Part shown: piece after piece, positions 15,827 through 25,122 of the stretch
Layout: every line of letters begins with the position of its first letter
How positions within the stretch are numbered: the stretch's first letter is position 1
IMG/VR virus record: IMGVR_UViG_3300025674_000356
Span: 1-25,236 of that record
Reading direction: 5' to 3' (one strand)
DNA: 25,236 bases
DNA from: a virus
Lineage: Duplodnaviria > Caudoviricetes
Program-made: the position numbers and the translations under genes
The notes under the pieces: generated by a model
What the model saw: the letters and a program-made list of their open reading frames with translations, nothing else
The model's database searches: none
What the model was told of the DNA's origin: nothing

Positions 15827-17643
15827 TGTTGCGGCGCTCCGTTCTTCGCGTACTGGCCTGAGCTGCGCCCGTTAGGGCGCTCCTGGGTCTGCAGAGGGCT
15901 CAAAACTTTGGCCGTCTGCGTACCCGGCGGAGTGTGCGACTGGAGCCTTGCTTGACCAATTGCTCCGCTGCCCTGCTGCATGGGCATGCCACCCTGTGAC
16001 CAGACAGCTGTAAGGGCTTCCCAGTTAAAGCGGCTGGAGAAGTCCGGCAGGTTGTAGGCGTTGCCGATGTCGTGGACGATCTCTTTCCAGTTCAGCCACG
16101 GCATCTGGGGCATGACCTGCCCGATGGCGATTGCACGCTCTGCAGCCTGACCAAGCCGCATCATCCGGGCCGAGTCGGTGATCCGCTCCATGGAGTAGGG
16201 TTCGACGACCAGCTCCAAGTCGTGGAAGGACAAACCTTCAAGCTGCACGAGGCCACTGTTGGCCCCGCCTTCGAACCACACGTCCTGGCCGCCGAACTCC
16301 GGTCCACCGATGGGGATCACGAACTCCTCGTCCGTGAACATGTACCACGCGACAGCCTTTGCCATCTGAACCAACCGGCGGGTGAACCGCTGGCGCAGGT
16401 CGTCTACGCGGATGTTGCCGCCTTGGAAGGCGATCTGTTCTTCAGTGGCTGTGGTGCCGCTACCTGTCTGCCCGCGCATTGCGTCGGACATGCCGGTCAT
16501 GCGCTCCAGCCTGTCACGCGCCTGCGCGACACCTTCAGCCTGCTCTCGCGTTGCGCCACCAAACTGGATCTCGGCAAACGACGGGCCGTGAGTACCGTGC
16601 AGCGACGTATCCACATGGAACACATGTCCATGCGGAGCGCCCTGCATGATCTCCGCCATCTTCTTGTCGTTGGTCAGGAACTGACGCTTGTAGTTCTTGG
16701 CCTCGTTGCTGAACGCCTGGGCAAACTCGTCGGCCTCTCTCTGAGACTCCAGCGTCGCCAGCAGCGGGCTGACGAAGCCGGGCTCATCGCTGACCGGGTA
16801 CGCGCCGAACATGGCGTACGGGCCAGACGGCGGGCCGTAGTAGTTGCGGGGCTCGCGGATAAACCGCTGCCGGTCGGGGTCAGTCGTGAGGTCGGCCTCG
16901 ACAAGCGTGTAGATCTTGCCGTGCTCGTCCTTGCCGTTGTCCTCTCGGTCTTCCGGCAACCAGACCTCGTACACCCAGATCTGGTGACGCTCAGGCGCAT
17001 CGTCTGCGTGCTCACGGCGGTCGTCAGCCCGTAGCTCGCGGATTGCCTCTGCGTCCCAGCCGTCATCCGGGTTGTCCTCTGCCTCTGACAGAAGGTCTTC
17101 CAGGTCGTACAGACGGCGGTGACCAGCCCACCGGCAGCTGTGCCAGTCAATAGCCTGCGGGTCGAAGAAGAAGTCGTCAGGCGACAGGCGCGTCACGACA
17201 GGCCACATGGGCGTGTCGTAGCCGCGAGCCTTGCTCACGTCGTACGGCAGCTTGAAGTCAACGTACTCCTCCATGGTGACCATCACCACGCCCCACCCTG
17301 TGAGGTAATCGAAGCACAGCTGCCTCAGCAGATCTGCCAGTGCGCAGTCTTCTGTCCACTTGTTCAGAGCCTGCTGCAAAGCCCCGGACACCATCTGGTG
17401 AATCGGGGTAGTGCGCATCGTCTGCACCGTGAAGCGCGGATTGTTGTAGACAATCTGCGGCAGGATGAGACTGATGTACTCGAACGGGTGGTTCTCAATA
17501 CTCGGCTGAGAATCAGAAGCCTTGCCCCAGTGACGACCGTGATACTGCTCGATCAGTTCACGTCGCTTGCACAGACGGCTATCGACGTACTTCCGCCCGG
17601 CCTGGATCTCGTCCCAGAGGTTTGCCGGAGTGGTCTTGATCAT
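15823..17643 (-). CDS. Portal protein
   Basis: 606 aa directly after TerL. Motifs PQIVYNNPRF, GWGVVMV, RLSPDDFFFDPQA, ERMTGMSDAMRG..TTATE are typical of P22/T7-like portals. Confidence 0.85.
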   Translation of the reverse strand: MIKTTPANLWDEIQAGRKYVDSRLCKRRELIEQYHGRHWGKASDSQPSIENHPFEYISLILPQIVYNNPRFTVQTMRTTPIHQMVSGALQQALNKWTEDCALADLLRQLCFDYLTGWGVVMVTMEEYVDFKLPYDVSKARGYDTPMWPVVTRLSPDDFFFDPQAIDWHSCRWAGHRRLYDLEDLLSEAEDNPDDGWDAEAIRELRADDRREHADDAPERHQIWVYEVWLPEDREDNGKDEHGKIYTLVEADLTTDPDRQRFIREPRNYYGPPSGPYAMFGAYPVSDEPGFVSPLLATLESQREADEFAQAFSNEAKNYKRQFLTNDKKMAEIMQGAPHGHVFHVDTSLHGTHGPSFAEIQFGGATREQAEGVAQARDRLERMTGMSDAMRGQTGSGTTATEEQIAFQGGNIRVDDLRQRFTRRLVQMAKAVAWYMFTDEEFVIPIGGPEFGGQDVWFEGGANSGLVQLEGLSFHDLELVVEPYSMERITDSARMMRLGQAAERAIAIGQVMPQMPWLNWKEIVHDIGNAYNLPDFSSRFNWEALTAVWSQGGMPMQQGSGAIGQARLQSHTPPGTQTAKVLSPLQTQERPNGRSSGQYAKNGAPQQ

Positions 17644-19031
17644 GCTAGGTCGGTCTCCCAGCCCAGGATATCACCAACGCTACCCTGACGCAGAGCCTTA
17701 AGGAAAGGCTTTTCTGGGGCACCCTTGCCCCACAAGTACATCGCAACGTACCGGGTCACGTCAAAAGCGTGGTCAGGAACACCGGGCTTCGGGCGCTCCT
17801 TAATTGGCCTGCCCTCTTTGGGTTCATCCCAGGTCATGCCGGGGATCTCATCCTCCGCAGTTGCAGGCAAATGTTCCTCCAGCAGGGACGGATCTAGCCC
17901 CCGCATCTGGTGCGCATTTTTGCAGAAGAACATGCGGGGCTCAGAGCCGTCGTTAGGCCTAAGCAATTCTGCAACTAGGTCCCTACCTGGGGCCCAGGAG
18001 TTGTTAGCGCCGAAGCAAATAGCCCCGGTCCTGCGCCCGCCACGGCGGCCCAGCCGTGCATTGAGCATGGCGATGTGCTCAGGCTGCGCTGGGTCGCAGA
18101 TGACCTGCTGCAGGTCGTACATGCGGTCTGCCTGCTCGACCACGTCTGCCCACCAGTCCAGGCGCTGGTGCCGGTAGTAGACCTCCTCCACCCGGTACAT
18201 GCGCTCGTCCTCCGTGACGCCCCAGACCTGGAAGCAGCCCGGGTTCTGGTAGCCCCAGTCGATGCCTCCGACGTAGTACAGGATCTGGCTGCGGCCATCC
18301 GTCCACAGCGACGTGCTGGGCGCAACGACGTGCGTCTCGCTGTCGAACTCAGGCAGGATGACGCCTGACTCGTCCACCCACAGGCCCAGGCGCAGGCGCT
18401 CGTAGCGGGCCCCACTAAGGTTATCGAGGCGCTGCAGGTACTCCTGCGTAACAGTGGGGTTGTCTTCGTGCCGCGACAGCAGCCGGGTCATCATTGGCTG
18501 CCCGTTCTTGCTGATGCGCATGGCCCGGCGGTTGAGCCAATGTGAGCTGAACGACGGGTTGCAGTCAGCGATGGCCTGCTGGTAGCGCAGCCGGTTATGG
18601 CGCAGGCGGGACTGGATCTTGTCCCAGTCGGACTCGTTGATCTCTGTGGCCTCGAACACAGCGCACAGGTCGTACTGCGACGACATGATCCGGTCAGAGT
18701 TGTCGAGCCCCGCGACCGTGATGTAGCTGCCGTTGGGGTAGACGTAAGCCGTCCGGTTAGGGCGGTTGCCCCCGATGAACTTGACGCCGATAGTCGGGTC
18801 GATGACCGAGTCCTCGAACTCGACCAGGACCGATTCAGTCATCGAGACCCGCGTCGCTCGCGCAATGAACGCACGCAGTCCTGGCACCTGCATGCACCAG
18901 TAGTTGACCTTTTCGAGGACGGCGCGGGTCTTGCCGGTGCCCGCCGGACCTTCCATGAGAATCTCAGGCGCATCAGACAGAAACAGCTTCAGGGCCGCGC
19001 CACGCGGCTCGTACTCACCTTTGGCTACCAT
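17640..19031 (-). CDS. terL: Terminase large subunit
   Basis: Walker A EGPAGTGKT, Walker B region YDLCAVFEATE, coupling motif DCNP, HEDNP, RNase H-fold nuclease motifs GIDWGYQNP, ICDPA and DHAFDVTRY. Confidence 0.92.
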   Translation of the reverse strand: MVAKGEYEPRGAALKLFLSDAPEILMEGPAGTGKTRAVLEKVNYWCMQVPGLRAFIARATRVSMTESVLVEFEDSVIDPTIGVKFIGGNRPNRTAYVYPNGSYITVAGLDNSDRIMSSQYDLCAVFEATEINESDWDKIQSRLRHNRLRYQQAIADCNPSFSSHWLNRRAMRISKNGQPMMTRLLSRHEDNPTVTQEYLQRLDNLSGARYERLRLGLWVDESGVILPEFDSETHVVAPSTSLWTDGRSQILYYVGGIDWGYQNPGCFQVWGVTEDERMYRVEEVYYRHQRLDWWADVVEQADRMYDLQQVICDPAQPEHIAMLNARLGRRGGRRTGAICFGANNSWAPGRDLVAELLRPNDGSEPRMFFCKNAHQMRGLDPSLLEEHLPATAEDEIPGMTWDEPKEGRPIKERPKPGVPDHAFDVTRYVAMYLWGKGAPEKPFLKALRQGSVGDILGWETDLA

Positions 19032-19402
19032 GAGTCTACTGTCGGGAGGTCTCGCACCTTGACTTGGTACTTCGAGTACTTAGGGCCGAAGGTGGTCTCA
19101 ATGGCGATGATCACCATGTACTGACGGCCCCCGGCCATGATGTTCTCAGTGTCGAGCGTGTATCGCAGGTTGTAGCCCAGGCGGTCAGCGTTCCAGTAGC
19201 CGTCGGTCTGCAGCGTGTCGAACACCACTGCAGTCTTGTCGAGCGTGTTCTCATGCTCGATGCCCTCTCGGCCTACAACGCTAACAGTGATGCTGGTGAC
19301 ATCGGCCTGCGTCATGTACGCGCCGTCGTTCAGCACGACGCGGTCCATCAGCGTGACATGCTCGTGCTCGTCAATCTCTGCCGATCCGATTCGTTGGCTC
19401 AT
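19025..19402 (-). CDS. Hypothetical protein, probably structural (beta-sandwich-like)
   Basis: 125 aa, AAGGAG RBS, beta-rich, overlaps the TerL start. Confidence 0.65.
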   Translation of the reverse strand: MSQRIGSAEIDEHEHVTLMDRVVLNDGAYMTQADVTSITVSVVGREGIEHENTLDKTAVVFDTLQTDGYWNADRLGYNLRYTLDTENIMAGGRQYMVIIAIETTFGPKYSKYQVKVRDLPTVDSW

Positions 19403-19411
19403 GGGTTCTCC

Positions 19412-21196
19412 TTAGGTCAGTAGCCAGTCGTTAGTGTCAGCAACCGATGCCGTGTCCTTAGACACAGCGAATCGGTTTTGCACCAGAGGCCCCTGAGCAA
19501 AGCTTGCTACCGCCTGGGCAAACCCAGGCTGATCTGTGATCCACGGTGCAGTAGGCCTGTAGCCCACCGCAAACTTGCGCTCTCCCACCGTCAGCCAAAC
19601 GTACTTGTCGCCAGTAGTAGCCTGCGGAGCTGCCGACTCGCGGATGACAGGAATGAACAGCAGGTGCGCTGCAGCATCAGATGCGCTGCCGTACTCACTG
19701 ATGAGGTCAACGACGGCACCGCTAAGGATGACGCCGCTGACGACATCGACAGCTGTCTCTGTTTCGCTGACGCTGGCGATGTGTATCAGTGCGCCCTGCA
19801 CTACGTCGCCTGCAGAGCTGCTCTCGTCCACCACGACAGCGAAGATGCCGCCCAAGACCGCGTCGTCCGCAGTTGCGCCCTCGTCGGCAACGACAGCAAA
19901 GATGCTGCCTAGCACGGCATCGCTAGCCGTACTGCTGTCATCGACCTGATCGTACAGGGAGTCTTCCTGCTCGATGGCGTACCCGATATGAAAGCGAGAG
20001 GTGCCGACGACACTCGTGAAGTTGATCGTGTAGCCAGTGGCGTCCCAGCTGTCTACGGTGCCGGTGTACCCTGCGCCACCAGCGTGCAGGGGCAGCTCGA
20101 TGGCGACCTCGTCAACCAATGACTGAGTGTCGCTGGTTGTGCGGTTGTCTCTGTCAGCGTACGAGCCGCACCACTCAACGCCCGCCTCATCTGCGTGCCC
20201 GCTTCCGTAGGACCCTGCCTGAGCATTGGTCCGCACGGTGTTTGTCGCGTTGAACAGCGACAGCCCGTACCAGATGTACTGCGGCTGGAAGCCCGGGTCG
20301 GTGAACGACTGGGTGCCTACCGTGCTGGTGAACGAGTGCGAGTAGACTTTGACCGCGATGTTCGACGGCATGTGGAACATCATCACGGCTATACGCTCAG
20401 CAGATGTAGCTGAAGCCCCAGCCGTTGTCAGCGTGAACGCACCAGTAGAGGCGTTGAAGCCGCTAGCCGCGTAGGAGACACCGAGAGCCGTTGCGCTGAC
20501 GTGGGACGCGAGGCGATTCAGGTGCAGAATGCCGCTGTCGAGCGTAGTCGAGACTGCATCCTGGTAGGACCAAGCCTCAGCGTTTTGCGTCACGGTCGTG
20601 CCGTCGTTGGAGCATGCGCCCCAAGACACGCTGCTAGAGCTTTCTAGCGTGCCGTCAAACGCAGTGCTGATAGTGCCAGCAAGGGCCAGCACAAGGTTGG
20701 TCTCTGCTGTGTATCCAGGCGTGACGGTAACCGTGCCTGAAAGAGCGTCTGCTGGGTCTACGATCTGAACGTCGCACTCTACGTCAGGCCCTGCGGTAAT
20801 GACGACTGCGACGCGATACGCTGAGCTAGGAGCTGTTGTCCAGTTGAGTCGGACGCCATCGGTGATGAACGAGTCAAACGTCGCCACCGCCTCTAGTGAC
20901 CCGTCCGCCGGGTCCATCAACGCTACAACCTTGTCCTGCGCGGAGTAGGTGTATGTGTCTGTAGTGGTGACGCCGTGCTCGCTAGACCAGCTGAGGACTG
21001 CCTCAGTCGTTCCGTCGCTGAACCCCCTGCAGCCTGAGCGCCCATCCGTGTCAGTGCCCAACGTGACCGCACGGGCCACCTCGACCTCTACGCCTTTGAT
21101 GTGCGTAGATGCGCCTAGACCGGCAACGGTGTAGTCAACCGTGCCGGTACTGGTTGGCGCTGTGGTCGAGATGACCCGCTTGAACGTGTTGGACAC
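19412..21196 (-). CDS. Tail fibre/spike-like virion protein with internal repeats
   Basis: 594 aa, T/S/G/A-rich. Three similar beta domains of about 135 aa, then about 19-aa D/S/A repeats. Confidence 0.6.
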   Translation of the reverse strand: MSNTFKRVISTTAPTSTGTVDYTVAGLGASTHIKGVEVEVARAVTLGTDTDGRSGCRGFSDGTTEAVLSWSSEHGVTTTDTYTYSAQDKVVALMDPADGSLEAVATFDSFITDGVRLNWTTAPSSAYRVAVVITAGPDVECDVQIVDPADALSGTVTVTPGYTAETNLVLALAGTISTAFDGTLESSSSVSWGACSNDGTTVTQNAEAWSYQDAVSTTLDSGILHLNRLASHVSATALGVSYAASGFNASTGAFTLTTAGASATSAERIAVMMFHMPSNIAVKVYSHSFTSTVGTQSFTDPGFQPQYIWYGLSLFNATNTVRTNAQAGSYGSGHADEAGVEWCGSYADRDNRTTSDTQSLVDEVAIELPLHAGGAGYTGTVDSWDATGYTINFTSVVGTSRFHIGYAIEQEDSLYDQVDDSSTASDAVLGSIFAVVADEGATADDAVLGGIFAVVVDESSSAGDVVQGALIHIASVSETETAVDVVSGVILSGAVVDLISEYGSASDAAAHLLFIPVIRESAAPQATTGDKYVWLTVGERKFAVGYRPTAPWITDQPGFAQAVASFAQGPLVQNRFAVSKDTASVADTNDWLLT

Positions 21197-21202
21197 GACC
21201 TA

Positions 21203-21721
21203 TCAGGTGATCTCGACGTTGACGAACACCTTGAGTGCCTGACCAGCGCCCTTGACGATGGACGAGGAGAACTGCGAGTGGTTCAGGATGTCCTCGGCGC
21301 TTGTCGGGTGCGCGGCAGTCGAGGTGGTGATGGCGACGTTGGTGATCGTGTTGGTGTACACGCCCACGCCCCACTGCGCTCTCCAGGTCAGGACGTTGGC
21401 TCCAGCGCCAGAGTTGTCTCCGTCGTTGTCGTTGAGCTTGGGGTATCCACTGTCGGCGCTGGCGAGGCCTGCGGACGCTGCGACCCCCACGTCGTCAAGC
21501 GTGTCACCAACTGCCACAGCGCCGGACCCAGTGCCCAGGGCCACCTGAGAGAAGGTGTTGGGCGTCGGTGTGCCGGTGCCGAAGTGCAGGTTCATCACCT
21601 GCGCGATGATCTCCAGCCCCTTGGTGGTGATCAGGTTGTGGGTTTCGACCGTCTCGCGAGAGCCGTCAGGGTTGATGAGGACCGCGCAGATGTGGCCCTT
21701 CCACTTCATCTTTTCAGTCAT
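21203..21721 (-). CDS. Tail fibre/collar-associated structural protein
   Basis: HNLITTKG...VALGTGS...TITNVAI...SIVKGAGQALKV pattern common in phage fibre-attachment domains. Confidence 0.6.
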   Translation of the reverse strand: MTEKMKWKGHICAVLINPDGSRETVETHNLITTKGLEIIAQVMNLHFGTGTPTPNTFSQVALGTGSGAVAVGDTLDDVGVAASAGLASADSGYPKLNDNDGDNSGAGANVLTWRAQWGVGVYTNTITNVAITTSTAAHPTSAEDILNHSQFSSSIVKGAGQALKVFVNVEIT

Positions 21722-21735
21722 GTCGGTGTTGGGGG

Positions 21736-22854
21736 TTAGGGCGCGGGCGTCGTCGTGATGTCGTAGCCAACGTCGATGAGCGTCTGCGTCATCAGCTCGT
21801 AGTTCTGCTGGTTGCTCCAGGTGTAGGCCCAGCTAGCAGAGGGCACTGCGTCGGAGGCCAGACCTTCGCTGCCGTTGGGCAGCGCGGCGTGGTAGTGCGA
21901 CGCGGTGTACGCTGTGGTCTCTTCCAGGTACTCGTGCAGCACCCGTGCTTGGGCTGCAGAGTGATCGTCAGACCACGGCGGGGTGGTCTCGATCCGGCTG
22001 TTGGTCGGGTTCTGTGTGTAGATCGGCAGTGATCCGTAGATCGACGCGCCATTGCCTGCCATCCGACGCCGTAGCTCGTTGAACCCGGAGGGGTGGTAGC
22101 CCTTCACGCCAGCCGGATCGTCGCTGGAGACGGTGAGATCCCGCTCCGCAGCCACGATCTCGTCGGCCTTGGAGATGCCCTGGCCGAACCACCGCTGGTA
22201 GCCGTTGAGCATCCAGTCCGTGTTGGACGTAGAGGGGTCGTGCTCGTTGATGTCCGGCACGCAGTGACCCAGGATCAGGCCCGCAGGGCGGCTGTCCTCG
22301 CCGTACAGCGTGGCAGGAACCGGCGGGGTGAACGCAGCCGACAACATCCAGGTCGATCCTGCCGAGATGCCGCCAGCGAACACGAGGTCAGGGTTCACGT
22401 TGGCGAACGGGGCCTCGTTGGCTGCGGCCTTGGACTTGACCCAGGCGATGGCGAGCTTGGCCGCCTTCACCGTGTCTGCAGGCTCAGGGTGCCAGTTGAG
22501 CGGGCGAGCCCCCGTTGTGCCGCCCGGGGCCGCCCCGGAGAAGATGGTCATGCCCATCGGGTAGGAGATGGGGCAGACCATGACCGGAGCGACCTCGTTG
22601 TTGCGCTCCAGGGAGTAGTCGCCGTAGGTAGCCTCCAGGAACCCGAAGGGCACTGCAGTATTGCTCGTCCACCCGGACCCACCCTGGTTGCCACCGCCGT
22701 GCATCTGCACGATGCAGGCGTATCCGCCGCTGGGGATCACGTCTGGGTTAGGGTCCCAGACGAAGATGTCGTGATCAGGGTGTGGCCCGTACTTGAGCGG
22801 AACCGGCGCACTCGCACCAAGTGGGTCCCCGGTCACCCAGTACGGGGTAGCCAT
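21736..22854 (-). CDS. Alpha/beta hydrolase (HSL-family-like esterase)
   Basis: VQMHGGG oxyanion motif, GGISAG nucleophile elbow, candidate catalytic His in WSDDHS. The ATG at 22854 (MATPYW) follows AGGAAGG and avoids the overlap in the ORF-track call. Confidence 0.75.
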   Translation of the reverse strand: MATPYWVTGDPLGASAPVPLKYGPHPDHDIFVWDPNPDVIPSGGYACIVQMHGGGNQGGSGWTSNTAVPFGFLEATYGDYSLERNNEVAPVMVCPISYPMGMTIFSGAAPGGTTGARPLNWHPEPADTVKAAKLAIAWVKSKAAANEAPFANVNPDLVFAGGISAGSTWMLSAAFTPPVPATLYGEDSRPAGLILGHCVPDINEHDPSTSNTDWMLNGYQRWFGQGISKADEIVAAERDLTVSSDDPAGVKGYHPSGFNELRRRMAGNGASIYGSLPIYTQNPTNSRIETTPPWSDDHSAAQARVLHEYLEETTAYTASHYHAALPNGSEGLASDAVPSASWAYTWSNQQNYELMTQTLIDVGYDITTTPAP

Positions 22855-22855
22855 G

Positions 22856-23146
22856 TCAGCTGCCTTCCTGGGCCTGCTGCTGGCGGCGACGCTTGGCGTA
22901 CCGCGCAGCCCCGACCCCCGCCGTCGGCAGGCCAAGGGCCGCGCCGCCAAGGATCAGGATCTCCTCCCAGGGAAACTGGGACTCGTTCGGCTGGCGCATG
23001 TAGCGCCGGGCCTCTGCCGGAGTCATCTCCCCCCGGTAGGCCTTCTCAACGGCCTCTGCGCACCGCTCCTCGTCCACCACCCCAGGGGGCAGGGTCGGGC
23101 AGCCAGACAGCACACACGCCAACACAACGCAGCTCAAAGCCCTCAT
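22856..23146 (-). CDS. Lipoprotein with C-terminal transmembrane helix (unimolecular spanin-like topology)
   Basis: MRALSCVVLACVLSG-C lipobox; C-terminal ILILGGAALGLPTAGVGAA followed by basic RYAKRRR. Confidence 0.65.
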   Translation of the reverse strand: MRALSCVVLACVLSGCPTLPPGVVDEERCAEAVEKAYRGEMTPAEARRYMRQPNESQFPWEEILILGGAALGLPTAGVGAARYAKRRRQQQAQEGS

Positions 23147-23313
23147 GCCTTACGCGCCTCCTGCAGCGCAAACTTCAACTGTCCCATTCGCACCAGAGTC
23201 TCAGTCCGGTCACCCGTATGGTGTGCATCGATCAGCTCCTGCGCGACCTTCGCCACCTCCTCCAGCCCCATACGGCTCACCAGAGCCCAGCTGTCGCGCT
23301 GCTCATCGGTCAT
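23143..23313 (-). CDS. Small hypothetical protein (56 aa), not in the ORF track
   Basis: MTDEQRDSWALVSRMGLEEVAKVAQELIDAHHTGDRTETLVRMGQLKFALQEARKA. Fills the gap exactly, with ATGA overlaps at both ends. Confidence 0.75.
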   Translation of the reverse strand: MTDEQRDSWALVSRMGLEEVAKVAQELIDAHHTGDRTETLVRMGQLKFALQEARKA

Positions 23314-24044
23314 TCGTTCTTACCCGGGATACCCGTGATGAACGCGCTCACGCGCCGCAGGCGCACGTCTGTGCTCAACGCCGCACCCGTACCCGAAGTC
23401 AGAGTACACATCAGGTACAGACTACGAGCCGTGGTGCCAGAGAAGTCCCGCGTGTACTCAGCCAAGCTGGGGTACTTAGTGGTAGGGCCCACCGTCGGCT
23501 CGTCAACGCCGTCGTACCGCTCAAAGTCATCAAACCGCAGCCACTGAGTCTGCGGGCCAAGCGCAGTCATGGAAAAACTGCCACGGAACTGCTGGGGGAC
23601 GTTCTGCGACAGACCAAGCCCGAAGTTGATGTAGGGCTGGTGACCAGCGTCCACGCGCATCGTCGTCAGCGCGTCCGTCACAGTCGTCGTCCCAACGTCC
23701 ACCAAGTCATTCCACACAGGACCAACGTACAGCGCAGCCGCCTCCACCGTCGGGTTCGCCACCAGCTCAATGTCGAACTCGACCTCAAGTTTCTGACCAT
23801 CCACGAACCAGTGACCCTGCCCCTCGCCGCTCTCAGGCACACGCATCGGGAACACAATCTCCACCGGGAAGTTAGCCGCAGAGCTGAGCGTCCCTGACAT
23901 GGGGATCACGTACTCACCACCACCCGCGTCAAACTCCACAGCCTGCACCGCACGGTACAGCTGATCACGGTTCTTCTGGGCACCCGGCTCCCCCTGGATC
24001 ACAAGACCAGGGAACACCTTCGCAATCGTCGGATCTGCAGCCAT
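23310..24044 (-). CDS. Hypothetical protein (beta-rich, possibly virion)
   Basis: About 244 aa, TGATG and ATGA overlaps with neighbours, same strand as the operon. Confidence 0.65.
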   Translation of the reverse strand: MAADPTIAKVFPGLVIQGEPGAQKNRDQLYRAVQAVEFDAGGGEYVIPMSGTLSSAANFPVEIVFPMRVPESGEGQGHWFVDGQKLEVEFDIELVANPTVEAAALYVGPVWNDLVDVGTTTVTDALTTMRVDAGHQPYINFGLGLSQNVPQQFRGSFSMTALGPQTQWLRFDDFERYDGVDEPTVGPTTKYPSLAEYTRDFSGTTARSLYLMCTLTSGTGAALSTDVRLRRVSAFITGIPGKNE

Positions 24045-24469
24045 CAAGTCCTCGCAGCACTAGGGTGACGGACCTTCCAACGCCAACGACCCAACGGGTT
24101 CCGCCCACCCGTCATGTCCACTCCGTGAATGCTACCCACACCACCACGCACCGCCCAACCCTGCACCGTCGCAGCATCACCAGCACTAATGCTCAGCGTC
24201 AGCTCGTTGTGCGGCTCCCCAGGCGTACGCGCCACCGTCAAGCCCACCGTCTGCGATGAGTCCCACTGAGGCCTCATCTCCGCGTCGTAAGCACCATACA
24301 CACGACAGTCCAGCGGACTGTACACACGACCACCCTCCGTGATGTCGTACGTACCCGCCACCGTGCCCTCCGCCGTCAACGTGTACAGCTGCACCACAAA
24401 CGCCTGATCCGCGTACCCCGTCAGAAGAATCGTCCCGAACGATGCACTAGGGTCCACTGTGAATGTCAT
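24044..24469 (-). CDS. Hypothetical protein
   Basis: 141 aa, AGGAAG RBS, coupled to the downstream gene. Confidence 0.6.
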   Translation of the reverse strand: MTFTVDPSASFGTILLTGYADQAFVVQLYTLTAEGTVAGTYDITEGGRVYSPLDCRVYGAYDAEMRPQWDSSQTVGLTVARTPGEPHNELTLSISAGDAATVQGWAVRGGVGSIHGVDMTGGRNPLGRWRWKVRHPSAART

Positions 24470-24486
24470 TGCGACTTCCTATCCCT

Positions 24487-25122
24487 TCAGGGGTTTTCGG
24501 TGTGGGGTGTGGGGGGAGTATCTACCGTAGCCCCCCCGGTCGCTCCATCCGGTTCGTTCTGCAGGGCCCGGGCCTCGTCCTCCCCCACCCCACGCAGCAC
24601 GATGCGAGGCCTAAGGGCTTCTCCCGGCGACACTTGCAGCGCCTCATGGCGGCCGTAGTCCTCCGGCCTCGTCCTCTCCAGGAGCCACGCTGCAGCCCTC
24701 CAATCCGGGCCGGTTCGCTCGACCTTCCGGGAGGTCGTCACCGCACCGTCCGGGGCGACCCGCTCCTCCTCGACCTGCCGGGAGGTGCCCTCGACCCCGG
24801 CCGCCCGGATCGAGGCTACCAGGGCCCGGTGCGCTCTGCCCTCGACGTGAGACACGAGGACGGCCAGCGTCGACCACGGCTCGACCCCATCCCTGCCCTC
24901 GTTCAAGGCATCCGTCAGGGCCCCGGGGGCCAGCCCTGCAGCCCGGCTGGCAGCAGCCCGGGAGGCCCCGGCCTCCACGGCGGACAGGATGGCCGGGAGG
25001 GCCCGGAGCAGGGCTGGACGGGGTCCGGGGCCGCCCTCGACCCCGGGCAGGATGGCCAGCGGGTCCGGGCAAGGGCTGTCCGGGCCATCGAGGCCAAGTT
25101 GGATCCAGGGCGGGTCTATCAT
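24487..25122 (-). CDS. Terminase small subunit-like protein
   Basis: HTH-like ILSAVEAGASRAAASRAAGL and the motif DWRAAAWLLERTRPEDYG, which I recognise from phage small terminase-like proteins. Start position uncertain. Confidence 0.65.
   Translation of the reverse strand: MIDPPWIQLGLDGPDSPCPDPLAILPGVEGGPGPRPALLRALPAILSAVEAGASRAAASRAAGLAPGALTDALNEGRDGVEPWSTLAVLVSHVEGRAHRALVASIRAAGVEGTSRQVEEERVAPDGAVTTSRKVERTGPDWRAAAWLLERTRPEDYGRHEALQVSPGEALRPRIVLRGVGEDEARALQNEPDGATGGATVDTPPTPHTENP

Noticed and set aside
16072-17034. 320-aa plus-strand ORF
   Set aside because: Antisense shadow of the portal gene.
22093-23897. 484-aa and 250-aa plus-strand ORFs
   Set aside because: Arg/Pro-rich shadows across well-coupled minus-strand genes in GC-rich DNA.
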